Positions 39,741-54,200 of a stretch of 64,000 nucleotides of DNA are shown here, one piece after another. Both the position numbers and the translations under genes were made by a program. Source of the stretch: the human T2T-CHM13v2.0 reference genome, Homo sapiens; NCBI RefSeq assembly GCF_009914755.1, contig NC_060936.1, one strand, 5' to 3'. The notes under the pieces are model-generated. The model saw only the letters and a program-made list of their open reading frames with translations. It did no database searches and had not been told where the DNA came from. Position 1 is the first letter of the stretch, and each line of letters opens with the position of its first letter.

Positions 39741-42700
39741 GAACGCACACATCACAAAGTAGTTTCTGAGAATGATTCTGTCTAGTTTTTATACGAAGAT
39801 ATTTCCTTTTCTACATTTGGCCTAAAAGCGCTTGAAATCTCCACCTGCAAATATCACAAAAAGAGGGTTTCACATCTGCTCTCTCTAAAGGACAGTTCAC
39901 CTCTGTGAGTTGAATAGAGGCAACACAAAGAACTTACTCAGTATTCTTCTTTCTAGCGTTCTATGAAGAAATCCCGTTTCCAACGAAGGCCCCAAAGAGG
40001 TCCAAATATCTGCTTGCAGACTTTACAGACAGAGTGTTTCCAAACTACTCTATGAAAAGAAAGCTTAAACTCCTTGAGTTAAATGCACACATCACAAAGT
40101 AGTTTCTGAGAATGATTCTGTCTAGTTTTTATACGAAGATGTTTCCTTTTCTACATTTGGTCTCAAAGCGATTGAAATCTCCAACTGGAAACTGCACAAA
40201 TAGGGTGTTTCAAATCTGCTCTGTCTAAAGGAAGGTTCAACTCTGTGAGTTGAATACACACACCACAAATAAGTTACTGAGAATTCTTCTGTCGAACATT
40301 ACTTGAAGAAATCCCGTTTCCAACGAAGGCCTCAAAGAGGTCCAAATATCTACTTGCAGACATTACAAACAGAGTGTTTCCAGACTGCTCCATCAAAAGA
40401 AAGGTTAAACTCTGTGAGCTGAACACACACATCAAAAAGAAGTTTCTGTGAATGATTCTGTCTAGATTTTATAAGAAGATGTTTCCTTTTCTACCGTAGG
40501 CCTCAAAGCGCTTGAAATCTCCAGCTGCAAATTCCACAAAAAGGGTGTTTAACATCTGCTCTTCTAAAGGAAAGTTCAACCCTATGAGTTGAATACACAC
40601 AGCGCAAAGACGTTACTGAGACTTCTCCTATCAAACATTATATGAAGAAATCCCGTTTCCAACGAAGGCCTCAAAGAGGTCCAAATATCTGCTTGCAGAC
40701 TTTACAGACAGAGTGTTTCCAAACTGCTCCACCAAAAGAAAGGTTAAACTCCTTGAGTTCAACACACACATCACAAAGTAGTTTCTGTGTATGATTCTGT
40801 CTAGTTTTTATACGAAGATATTTCCTTTTCTACCTTTGGTCTCAATGCGATTGAAATCTCCACATGGAAACTCCACAAAAAGAGTGTTTCAAATCTGCTC
40901 TTTCTGAAGGAAGGTTCAACTCTGTGAGTTGAATACACACACCACAAATAAGTTACTGAGAATTCTTCTGTGTAACATTATATGAGGAAATCCCGTTTCC
41001 AACGAAGGCCTCAAAGAGATCCAAATATCCACTTGCAGACTTTACAAAGACAGTGTCTCCAAACTCCTCCATCAAAAGAAAGGTTATACTCTGTGAATTG
41101 AACGCACACATCACAAAGTAGTTTCTGAGAATGATTCTGTCTAGTTTTTATACGAAGATATTTCCTTTTCTACATTTGGCCTAAAAGCGCTTGAAATCTC
41201 CACCTGCAAATATCACAAAAAGAGGGTTTCACATCTGCTCTGTCTAAAGGACAGTTCACCTCTGTGAGTTGAATAGAGGCAACACAAAGAACTTACTCAG
41301 TATTCTTCTTTCTAGCGTTCTATGAAGAAATCCCGTTTCCAACGAAGGCCCCAAAGAGGTCCAAATATCTGCTTGCAGACTTTGCAGACAGAGTGTTTCC
41401 AAACTACTCGATGAAAAGAAAGCTTAAACTCCTTGAGTTGAACGCACACATCACAAAGTAGTTTCTGAGAATGATTCTGTCTAGTTTTTATACGAAGATG
41501 TTTCCTTTTCTACATTTGGTCTCAAAGCGATTGAAATCTCCAACTGGAAACTGCACAAATAGGGTGTTTCAAATCTGCTCTGTCTAAAGGAAGGTTCAAC
41601 TCTGTGAGTTGAATACACACACCACAAATAAGTTACTGAGAATTCTTCTGTCGAACATTACTTGAAGAAATCCCGTTTCCAACAAAGACCTCAAAGAGGT
41701 CCAAATATCCACTTGCAGACATTACAAACAGAGTGTTTCCAAACTGCTCCATCAAAGGAAAGGTTAAACTCTGTGAGCTGAACACACACATCAAAAAGAA
41801 GTTTCTGTGAATGATTCTGTCTAGATTTTATAAGAAGATGTTTCCTTTTCTACCGTAGGCCTCAAAGCGCTTGAAATCTCCAGCTGCAAATTCCACAAAA
41901 AGGGTGTTTAACATCTGCTCTTCTAAAGGAAAGTTCAACCCTATGAGTTGAATACACACAGCACAAAGAAGTTACTGAGACTTGTCCTATCAAACATTAT
42001 ATGAAGAAATCCCGTTTCCATCGAAGGCCTCAAAGAGGTCCAAATATCTGCTTGCAGACTTTACAGACAGAGTGTTTCCAAACTGCTCCATCAAAAGAAA
42101 GGTTAACCTCCTTGAGTTGAACACAGACATCACAAAGTAGTTTCTGTGAATGATTCTGTCTAGTTTTTATACGAAGATGTTTCCTTTTCTACCTTTGGTC
42201 TCAAAGCGATTGAAATCTCCACATGGAAACTCCACAAAAAGAGTGTTTCAAATCTGCTCTTTCTGAAGGAAGGTTCATCTCTGTGAGTTGAATACACACA
42301 CCACAAATAAGTTACTGAGAATTCTTCTGTGTAACATTATATGAGGAAATCCCGTTTCCAACGAAGGCCTCAAAGAGGTCCAAATATCCACTTGCAGACT
42401 TTACAAAGACAGTGTCTCCAAACTCCTCCATCAAAAGAAAGGTTATACTCTGTGAATTGAACGCACACATCACAAAGTAGTTTCTGAGAATGATTCTGTC
42501 TAGTTTTTATACGAAGATATTTCCTTTTCTACATTTGGCCTAAAAGCGCTTGAAATCTCCACCTGCAAATATCACAAAAAGAGGGTTTCACATCTGCTCT
42601 GTCTAAAGGACAGTTCACCTCTGTGAGTTGAATAGAGGCAACACAAAGAACTTACTCAGTATTCTTCTTTCTAGCGTTCTATGAAGAAATCCCGTTTCCA

Positions 42701-45700
42701 ACGAAGGCCCCAAAGAGGTCCAAATATCTGCTTGCAGACTTTACAGACAGAGTGTTTCCAAACTACTCTATGAAAAGAAAGCTTAAACTCCTTGAGTTGA
42801 ACGCACACATCACAAAGTAGTTTCTGAGAATGATTCTGTCTAGTTTTTATACGAAGATGTTTCCTTTTCTACATTTGGTCTCAAAGCGATTGAAATCTCC
42901 AACTGGAAACTGCACAAATAGGGTGTTTCAAATCTGCTCTGTCTAAAGGAAGGTTCAACTCTGTGAGGTGAATACACACACCACAAATAAGTTACTGAGA
43001 ATTCTTCTGTCGAACATTACTTGAAGAAATCCCGTTTCCAACGAAGGCCTCAAAGAGGTCCAAATATCCACTTGCAGACATTACAAACAGAGTGTTTCCA
43101 GACTGCTCCATCAAAAGAAAGGTTAAACTCTGTGAGCTGAACACACACATCAAAAAGAAGTTTCTGTGAATGATTCTGTCTAGATTTTATAAGAAGATGT
43201 TTCCTTTTCTACCGTAGGCCTCAAAGCGCTTGAAATCTCCAGCTGCAAATTCCACAAAAAGGGTGTTTAACATCTGCTCTTCTAAAGGAAAGTTCAACCC
43301 TATGAGTTCAATACACACAGCACAAAGACGTTACTGAGACTTCTCCTATCAAACATTATATGAAGAAATCCCGTTTCCAACGAAGGCCTCAAAGAGGTCC
43401 AAATATCTGCTTGCAGACTTTACAGACAGAGTGTTTCCAAACTGCTCCACCAAAAGAAAGGTTAAACTCCTTGAGTTGAACACACACATCACAAAGTAGT
43501 TTCTGTGTATGATTCTGTCTAGTTTTTATACGAAGATGTTTCCTTTTCTACCTTTGGTCTCAAAGCGATTGAAATCTCCACATGGAAACTCCACAAAAAG
43601 AGTGTTTCAAATCTGCTCTTTCTGAAGGAAGGTTCAACTCTGTGAGTTGAATACACACACCACAAATAAGTTACTGAGAATTCTTCTGTGTAACATTATA
43701 TGAGGAAATCCCGTTTCCAACGAAGGCCTCAAAGAGATCCAAATATCCACTTGCAGACTTTACAAAGACAGTGTCTCCAAACTCCTCCATCAAAAGAAAG
43801 GTTATACTCTGTGAATTGAACGCACACATCACAAAGTAGTTTCTGAGAATGATTCTGTCTAGTTTTTATACGAAGATATTTCCTTTTCTACATTTGGCCT
43901 AAAAGCGCTTGAAATCTCCACCTGCAAATATCACAAAAAGAGGGTTTCACATCTGCTCTGTCTAAAGGACAGTTCACCTCTGTGAGTTGAATAGAGGCAA
44001 CACAAAGAACTTACTCAGTATTCTTCTTTCTAGCGTTCTATGAAGAAATCCCGTTTCCAACGAAGGCCCCAAAGAGGTCCAAATATCTGCTTGCAGACTT
44101 TACAGACAGAGTGTTTCCAAACTACTCTATGAAAAGAAAGCTTAAACTCCTTGAGTTGAACGCACACATCACAAAGTAGTTTCTGAGAATGATTCTGTCT
44201 AGTTTTTATACGAAGATGTTTCCTTTTCTACATTTGGTCTCAAAGCGATTGAAATCTCCAACTGGAAACTGCACAAATAGGGTGTTTCAAATCTGCTCTG
44301 TCTAAAGGAAGGTTCAACTCTGTGAGTTGAATACACACACCACAAATAAGTTACTGAGAATTCTTCTGTCGAACATTACTTGAAGAAATCCCGTTTCCAA
44401 CCAAGGCCTCAAAGAGGTCCAAATATCCACTTGCAGACATTACAAACAGAGTGTTTCCAAACTGCTCCATCAAAAGAAAGGTTAAACTCTGTGAGCTGAA
44501 CACACACATCAAAAAGAAGTTTCTGTGAATGATTCTGTCTAGATTTTATAAGAAGATGTTTCCTTTTCTACCGTAGGCCTCAAAGTGCTTGAAATCTCCA
44601 GCTGCAAATTCCACAAAAAGGGTGTTTAACATCTGCTCTTCTAAAGGAAAGTTCAACTCTATGAGTTGAATACACATAGCACAAAGAAGTTACTGAGACT
44701 TCTTCTGTCTAACATTATATGAAGAAATCCCGTTTCCAACGAAGGCCTCAAAGAGGTCCAAATATCTGCTTGCAGACTTTACAGACAGAGTGTTTCCAAA
44801 CTGCTCCATCAAAAGAAAGGTTAAACTCCTTGAGTTGAACACACACATCACAAAGTAGTTTCTGTGAATGATTCTGTCTAGTTTTTATACGAAGATGTTT
44901 CCTTTTCTACCTTTGGTCTCAAAGCGATTGAAATATCCACATGGAAACTCCACAAAAAGAGTGTTTCAAATCTGCTCTTTCTGAAGGAAGGTTCATCTCT
45001 GTGAGTTGAATACACACACCACAAATAAGTTACTGAGAATTCTTCTGTGTAACATTATATGAGGAAATCCCGTTTCCAACGAAGGCCTCAAAGAGATCCA
45101 AATATCCACTTGCAGACTTTACAAAGACAGTGTCTCCCAACTCCTCCATCAAAAGAAAGGTTATACTCTGTGAATTGAACGCACACATCACAAAGTAGTT
45201 TCTGAGAATGATTCTGTCTAGTTTTTATACGAAGATATTTCCTTTTCTACATTTGGCCTAAAAGCGCTTGAAATCTCCACCTGCAAATATCACAAAAAGA
45301 GGGTTTCACATCTGCTCTGTCTAAAGGACAGTTCACCTCTGTGAGTTGAATAGAGGCAACACAAAGAACTTACTCAGTATTCTTCTTTCTAGCGTTCTAT
45401 GAAGAAATCCCGTTTCCAACGAAGGCCCCAAAGAGGTCCAAATATCTGCTTGCAGACTTTACAGACAGAGTGTTTCCAAACTACTCTATGAAAAGAAAGC
45501 TTAAACTCCTTGAGTTGAACGCACACATCACAAAGTAGTTTCTGAGAATGATTCTGTCTAGTTTTTATACGAAGATGTTTCCTTTTCTACATTTGGTCTC
45601 AAAGCGATTGAAATCTCCAACTGGAAACTGCACAAATAGGGTGTTTCAAATCTGCTCTGTCTAAAGGAAGGTTCAACTCTGTGAGTTGAATACACACACC

Positions 45701-46535
45701 ACAAATAAGTTACTGAGAATTCTTCTGTCGAACATTACTTGAAGAAATCCTGTTTCCAACGAAGGCCTCAAAGAGGTCCAAATATCCACTTGCAGACATT
45801 ACAAACAGAGTGTTTCCAAACTGCTCCATCAAAAGAAAGGTTAAACTCTGTGAGCTGAACACACACATCAAAAAGAAGTTTCTGTGAATGATTCTGTCTA
45901 GATTTTATAAGAAGATGTTTCCTTTTCTACCGTAGGCCTCAAAGCGCTTGAAATCTCCAGCTGCAAATTCCACAAAAAGGGTGTTTAACATCTGCTCTTC
46001 TAAAGGAAAGTTCAACTCTATGAGTTGAATACACACAGCACAAAGAAGTTACTGAGACTTCTCCTATCAAACATTATATGAAGAAATCCCGTTTCCAACG
46101 AAGGCCTCAAAGAGGTCCAAATATCTGCTTGCAGACTTTACAGACAGAGTGTTTCCAAACTGCTCCATCAAAAGAAAGGTTAAACTCCTTGAGTTGAACA
46201 CACACATCACAAAGTAGTTTCTGTGAATGATTCTGTCTAGTTTTTATACGAAGATGTTTCCTTTTCTACCTTTGGTCTCAATGCGATTGAAATCTCCACA
46301 TGGAAACTCCACAAAAAGAGTGTTTCAAATCTGCTCTTTCTGAAGGAAGGTTCAACTCTGTGAGTTGAATACACACACCACAAATAAGTTACTGAGAATT
46401 CTTCTGTGTAACATTATATGAGGAAATCCCGTTTCCAACGAAGGCCTCAAAGAGATCCAAATATCCACTTGCAGACTTTACAAAGACAGTGTCTCCAAAC
46501 TCCTCCATCAAAAGAAAGGTTATACTCTGTGAATT

Positions 46536-48234
46536 GAACGCACACATCACAAAGTAGTTTCTGAGAATGATTCTGTCTAGTTTTTATACGAAGATATTTC
46601 CTTTTCTACATTTGGCCTAAAATCGCTTGAAATCTCCACCTGCAAATATCACAAAAAGAGGGTTTCACATCTGCTCTGTCTAAAGGACAGTTCACCTCTG
46701 TGAGTTGAATAGAGGCAACACAAAGAACTTACTCAGTATTCTTCTTTCTAGCGTTCTATGAAGAAATCCCGTTTCCAACGAAGGCCCCAAAGAGGTCCAA
46801 ATATCTGCTTGCAGACTTTACAGACAGAGTGTTTCCAAACTACTCTATGAAAAGAAAGCTTAAACTCCTTGAGTTAAATGCACACATCACAAAGTAGTTT
46901 CTGAGAATGATTCTGTCTAGTTTTTATACGAAGATATTTCCTTTTCTACATTTGGCCTAAAAGCGCTTGAAATCTCCACCTGCAAATATCACAAAAAGAG
47001 GGTTTCACATCTGCTCTGTCTAAAGGACAGTTCACCTCTGTGAGTTGAATAGAGGCAACACAAAGAACTTACTCAGTATTCTTCTTTCTAGCGTTCTATG
47101 AAGAAATCCCGTTTCCAACGAAGGCCCCAAAGAGGTCCAAATATCTGCTTGCAGACTTTGCAGACAGAGTGTTTCCAAACTACTCGATGAAAAGAAAGCT
47201 TAAACTCCTTGAGTTGAACGCACACATCACAAAGTAGTTTCTGAGAATGATTCTGTCTAGTTTTTATACGAAGATGTTTCCTTTTCTACATTTGGTCTCA
47301 AAGCGATTGAAATCTCCAACTGGAAACTGCACAAGTAGGGTGTTTCAAATCTGCTCTGTCTAAAGGAAGGTTCAACTCTGTGAGTTGAATACACACACCA
47401 CAAATAAGTTACTGAGAATTCTTCTGTCGAACATTACATGAAGAATTCCCGTTTCCAACGAAGGCCTCAAAGAGGTCCAAATATCCACTTGCAGACATTA
47501 CAAACAGAGTGTTTCCAAACTGCTCCATTAAAAGAAAGGTTAAACTCTGTGAGCTGAACACACACATCAAAAAGAGGTTTCTGTGAATGATTCTGTCTAG
47601 ATTTTATAAGAAGATGTTTCCTTTTCTACCGTAGGCCTCAAAGCGCTTGAAATCTCCAGCTGCAAATTCCACAAAAAGGGTGTTTAACATCTGCTCTTCT
47701 AAAGGAAAGTTCAACTCTATGAGTTGAATACACACAGCACAAAGAAGTTACTGAGACTTCTCCTATCAAATATTATATGAAGAAATCCCGTTTCCAACGA
47801 AGGCCTCAAAGAGGTCCAAATATCTGCTTGCAGACTTTACAGACAGAGTGTTTCCAAACTGCTCCATCAAAAGAAAGGTTAAACTCCTTGAGTTGAACAC
47901 ACACATCACAAAGTAGTTTCTGTGAATGATTCTGTCTAGTTTTTATACGAAGATGTTTCCTTTTCTACCTTTGGTCTCAATGCGATTGAAATCTCCACAT
48001 GGAAACTCCACAAAAAGAGTGTTTCAAATCTGCTCTTTCTGAAGGAAGGTTCAACTCTGTGAGTTGAATACACACACCACAAATAAGTTACTGAGAATTC
48101 TTCTGTGTAACATTATATGAGGAAATCCCGTTTCCAACGAAGGCCTCAAAGAGATCCAAATATCCACTTGCAGACTTTACAAAGACAGTGTCTCCAAACT
48201 CCTCCATCAAAAGAAAGGTTATACTCTGTGAATT
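46536..48234 (-). repeat. Second copy of the 10-monomer variant HOR (A-A-B-C-D)
   Basis: Same structure and private SNVs (taaaatcgc, ttaaatgcac, acaagtagg, ccattaaaag, aagaggtttc, tcaaatatt) as 38042-39740, at offset 8494. Confidence 0.95.
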
Positions 48235-51200
48235 GAACGCACACATCACAAAGTAGTTTCTGAGAATGATTCTGTCTAGTTTTTATACGAAGATATTTCC
48301 TTTTCTACATTTGGCCTAAAAGCGCTTGAAATCTCCACCTGCAAATATCACAAAAAGAGGGTTTCACATCTGCTCTCTCTAAAGGACAGTTCACCTCTGT
48401 GAGTTGAATAGAGGCAACACAAAGAACTTACTCAGTATTCTTCTTTCTAGCGTTCTATGAAGAAATCCCGTTTCCAACGAAGGCCCCAAAGAGGTCCAAA
48501 TATCTGCTTGCAGACTTTACAGACAGAGTGTTTCCAAACTACTCTATGAAAAGAAAGCTTAAACTCCTTGAGTTAAATGCACACATCACAAAGTAGTTTC
48601 TGAGAATGATTCTGTCTAGTTTTTATACGAAGATGTTTCCTTTTCTACATTTGGTCTCAAAGCGATTGAAATCTCCAACTGGAAACTGCACAAATAGGGT
48701 GTTTCAAATCTGCTCTGTCTAAAGGAAGGTTCAACTCTGTGAGTTGAATACACACACCACAAATAAGTTACTGAGAATTCTTCTGTCGAACATTACTTGA
48801 AGAAATCCCGTTTCCAACGAAGGCCTCAAAGAGGTCCAAATATCTACTTGCAGACATTACAAACAGAGTGTTTCCAGACTGCTCCATCAAAAGAAAGGTT
48901 AAACTCTGTGAGCTGAACACACACATCAAAAAGAAGTTTCTGTGAATGATTCTGTCTAGATTTTATAAGAAGATGTTTCCTTTTCTACCGTAGGCCTCAA
49001 AGCGCTTGAAATCTCCAGCTGCAAATTCCACAAAAAGGGTGTTTAACATCTGCTCTTCTAAAGGAAAGTTCAACCCTATGAGTTGAATACACACAGCGCA
49101 AAGACGTTACTGAGACTTCTCCTATCAAACATTATATGAAGAAATCCCGTTTCCAACGAAGGCCTCAAAGAGGTCCAAATATCTGCTTGCAGACTTTACA
49201 GACAGAGTGTTTCCAAACTGCTCCACCAAAAGAAAGGTTAAACTCCTTGAGTTGAACACACACATCACAAAGTAGTTTCTGTGTATGATTCTGTCTAGTT
49301 TTTATACGAAGATATTTCCTTTTCTACCTTTGGTCTCAATGCGATTGAAATCTCCACATGGAAACTCCACAAAAAGAGTGTTTCAAATCTGCTCTTTCTG
49401 AAGGAAGGTTCAACTCTGTGAGTTGAATACACACACCACAAATAAGTTACTGAGAATTCTTCTGTGTAACATTATATGAGGAAATCCCGTTTCCAACGAA
49501 GGCCTCAAAGAGATCCAAATATCCACTTGCAGACTTTACAAAGACAGTGTCTCCAAACTCCTCCATCAAAAGAAAGGTTATACTCTGTGAATTGAACGCA
49601 CACATCACAAAGTAGTTTCTGAGAATGATTCTGTCTAGTTTTTATACGAAGATATTTCCTTTTCTACATTTGGCCTAAAAGCGCTTGAAATCTCCACCTG
49701 CAAATATCACAAAAAGAGGGTTTCACATCTGCTCTGTCTAAAGGACAGTTCACCTCTGTGAGTTGAATAGAGGCAACACAAAGAACTTACTCAGTATTCT
49801 TCTTTCTAGCGTTCTATGAAGAAATCCCGTTTCCAACGAAGGCCCCAAAGAGGTCCAAATATCTGCTTGCAGACTTTGCAGACAGAGTGTTTCCAAACTA
49901 CTCGATGAAAAGAAAGCTTAAACTCCTTGAGTTGAACGCACACATCACAAAGTAGTTTCTGAGAATGATTCTGTCTAGTTTTTATACGAAGATGTTTCCT
50001 TTTCTACATTTGGTCTCAAAGCGATTGAAATCTCCAACTGGAAACTGCACAAATAGGGTGTTTCAAATCTGCTCTGTCTAAAGGAAGGTTCAACTCTGTG
50101 AGTTGAATACACACACCACAAATAAGTTACTGAGAATTCTTCTGTCGAACATTACTTGAAGAAATCCCGTTTCCAACAAAGACCTCAAAGAGGTCCAAAT
50201 ATCCACTTGCAGACATTACAAACAGAGTGTTTCCAAACTGCTCCATCAAAGGAAAGGTTAAACTCTGTGAGCTGAACACACACATCAAAAAGAAGTTTCT
50301 GTGAATGATTCTGTCTAGATTTTATAAGAAGATGTTTCCTTTTCTACCGTAGGCCTCAAAGCGCTTGAAATCTCCAGCTGCAAATTCCACAAAAAGGGTG
50401 TTTAACATCTGCTCTTCTAAAGGAAAGTTCAACCCTATGAGTTGAATACACACAGCACAAAGAAGTTACTGAGACTTGTCCTATCAAACATTATATGAAG
50501 AAATCCCGTTTCCATCGAAGGCCTCAAAGAGGTCCAAATATCTGCTTGCAGACTTTACAGACAGAGTGTTTCCAAACTGCTCCATCAAAAGAAAGGTTAA
50601 CCTCCTTGAGTTGAACACAGACATCACAAAGTAGTTTCTGTGAATGATTCTGTCTAGTTTTTATACGAAGATGTTTCCTTTTCTACCTTTGGTCTCAAAG
50701 CGATTGAAATCTCCACATGGAAACTCCACAAAAAGAGTGTTTCAAATCTGCTCTTTCTGAAGGAAGGTTCATCTCTGTGAGTTGAATACACACACCACAA
50801 ATAAGTTACTGAGAATTCTTCTGTGTAACATTATATGAGGAAATCCCGTTTCCAACGAAGGCCTCAAAGAGGTCCAAATATCCACTTGCAGACTTTACAA
50901 AGACAGTGTCTCCAAACTCCTCCATCAAAAGAAAGGTTATACTCTGTGAATTGAACGCACACATCACAAAGTAGTTTCTGAGAATGATTCTGTCTAGTTT
51001 TTATACGAAGATATTTCCTTTTCTACATTTGGCCTAAAAGCGCTTGAAATCTCCACCTGCAAATATCACAAAAAGAGGGTTTCACATCTGCTCTGTCTAA
51101 AGGACAGTTCACCTCTGTGAGTTGAATAGAGGCAACACAAAGAACTTACTCAGTATTCTTCTTTCTAGCGTTCTATGAAGAAATCCCGTTTCCAACGAAG

Positions 51201-54200
51201 GCCCCAAAGAGGTCCAAATATCTGCTTGCAGACTTTACAGACAGAGTGTTTCCAAACTACTCTATGAAAAGAAAGCTTAAACTCCTTGAGTTGAACGCAC
51301 ACATCACAAAGTAGTTTCTGAGAATGATTCTGTCTAGTTTTTATACGAAGATGTTTCCTTTTCTACATTTGGTCTCAAAGCGATTGAAATCTCCAACTGG
51401 AAACTGCACAAATAGGGTGTTTCAAATCTGCTCTGTCTAAAGGAAGGTTCAACTCTGTGAGGTGAATACACACACCACAAATAAGTTACTGAGAATTCTT
51501 CTGTCGAACATTACTTGAAGAAATCCCGTTTCCAACGAAGGCCTCAAAGAGGTCCAAATATCCACTTGCAGACATTACAAACAGAGTGTTTCCAGACTGC
51601 TCCATCAAAAGAAAGGTTAAACTCTGTGAGCTGAACACACACATCAAAAAGAAGTTTCTGTGAATGATTCTGTCTAGATTTTATAAGAAGATGTTTCCTT
51701 TTCTACCGTAGGCCTCAAAGCGCTTGAAATCTCCAGCTGCAAATTCCACAAAAAGGGTGTTTAACATCTGCTCTTCTAAAGGAAAGTTCAACCCTATGAG
51801 TTCAATACACACAGCACAAAGACGTTACTGAGACTTCTCCTATCAAACATTATATGAAGAAATCCCGTTTCCAACGAAGGCCTCAAAGAGGTCCAAATAT
51901 CTGCTTGCAGACTTTACAGACAGAGTGTTTCCAAACTGCTCCACCAAAAGAAAGGTTAAACTCCTTGAGTTGAACACACACATCACAAAGTAGTTTCTGT
52001 GTATGATTCTGTCTAGTTTTTATACGAAGATGTTTCCTTTTCTACCTTTGGTCTCAAAGCGATTGAAATCTCCACATGGAAACTCCACAAAAAGAGTGTT
52101 TCAAATCTGCTCTTTCTGAAGGAAGGTTCAACTCTGTGAGTTGAATACACACACCACAAATAAGTTACTGAGAATTCTTCTGTGTAACATTATATGAGGA
52201 AATCCCGTTTCCAACGAAGGCCTCAAAGAGATCCAAATATCCACTTGCAGACTTTACAAAGACAGTGTCTCCAAACTCCTCCATCAAAAGAAAGGTTATA
52301 CTCTGTGAATTGAACGCACACATCACAAAGTAGTTTCTGAGAATGATTCTGTCTAGTTTTTATACGAAGATATTTCCTTTTCTACATTTGGCCTAAAAGC
52401 GCTTGAAATCTCCACCTGCAAATATCACAAAAAGAGGGTTTCACATCTGCTCTGTCTAAAGGACAGTTCACCTCTGTGAGTTGAATAGAGGCAACACAAA
52501 GAACTTACTCAGTATTCTTCTTTCTAGCGTTCTATGAAGAAATCCCGTTTCCAACGAAGGCCCCAAAGAGGTCCAAATATCTGCTTGCAGACTTTGCAGA
52601 CAGAGTGTTTCCAAACTACTCGATGAAAAGAAAGCTTAAACTCCTTGAGTTGAACGCACACATCACAAAGTAGTTTCTGAGAATGATTCTGTCTAGTTTT
52701 TATACGAAGATGTTTCCTTTTCTACATTTGGTCTCAAAGCGATTGAAATCTCCAACTGGAAACTGCACAAATAGGGTGTTTCAAATCTGCTCTGTCTAAA
52801 GGAAGGTTCAACTCTGTGAGTTGAATACACACACCACAAATAAGTTACTGAGAATTCTTCTGTCGAACATTACTTGAAGAAATCCCGTTTCCAACAAAGA
52901 CCTCAAAGAGGTCCAAATATCCACTTGCAGACATTACAAACAGAGTGTTTCCAAACTTCTCCATCAAAGGAAAGGTTAAACTCTGTGAGCTGAACACACA
53001 CATCAAAAAGAAGTTTCTGTGAATGATTCTGTCTAGATTTTATAAGAAGATGTTTCCTTTTCTACCGTAGGCCTCAAAGCGCTTGAAATCTCCAGCTGCA
53101 AATTCCACAAAAAGGGTGTTTAACATCTGCTCTTCTAAAGGAAAGTTCAACCCTATGAGTTGAATACACACAGCACAAAGAAGTTACTGAGACTTGTCCT
53201 ATCAAACATTATATGAAGAAATCCCGTTTCCATCGAAGGCCTCAAAGAGGTCCAAATATCTGCTTGCAGACTTTACAGACAGAGTGTTTCCAAACTGCTC
53301 CATCAAAAGAAAGGTTAACCTCCTTGAGTTGAACACACACATCACAAAGTAGTTTCTGTGAATGATTCTGTCTAGTTTTTATACGAAGATGTTTCCTTTT
53401 CTACCTTTGGTCTCAAAGCGATTGAAATCTCCACATGGAAACTCCACAAAAAGAGTGTTTCAAATCTGCTCTTTCTGAAGGAAGGTTCATCTCTGTGAGT
53501 TGAATACACACACCACAAATAAGTTACTGAGAATTCTTCTGTGTAACATTATATGAGGAAATCCCGTTTCCAACGAAGGCCTCAAAGAGGTCCAAATATC
53601 CACTTGCAGACTTTACAAAGACAGTGTCTCCAAACTCCTCCATCAAAAGAAAGGTTATACTCTGTGAATTGAACGCACACATCACAAAGTAGTTTCTGAG
53701 AATGATTCTGTCTAGTTTTTATACGAAGATATTTCCTTTTCTACATTTGGCCTAAAAGCGCTTGAAATCTCCACCTGCAAATATCACAAAAAGAGGGTTT
53801 CACATCTGCTCTGTCTAAAGGACAGTTCACCTCTGTGAGTTGAATAGAGGCAACACAAAGAACTTACTCAGTATTCTTCTTTCTAGCGTTCTATGAAGAA
53901 ATCCCGTTTCCAACGAAGGCCTCAAAGAGGTCCAAATATCTGCTTGCAGACTTTACAGACAGAGTGTTTCCAAACTACTCTATGAAAAGAAAGCTTAAAC
54001 TCCTTGAGTTGAACGCACAAATCACAAAGTAGTTTCTGAGAATGATTCTGTCTAGTTTTTATACGAAGATGTTTCCTTTTCTACATTTGGTCTCAAAGCG
54101 ATTGAAATCTCCAACTGGAAACTGCACAAATAGGGTGTTTCAAATCTGCTCTGTCTAAAGGAAGGTTCAACTCTGTGAGTTGAATACACACACCACAAAT

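Larger units (their letters stand above)
35447..52595. repeat. Tandem duplication of an 8494-bp block (5 x 1359 + 1699)
   Basis: Many private SNVs and the 10-mer recur at +8494 (for example gaaatatccacatgg at 36441/44935). The junction lies between 43941 and 44101. Confidence 0.92.
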
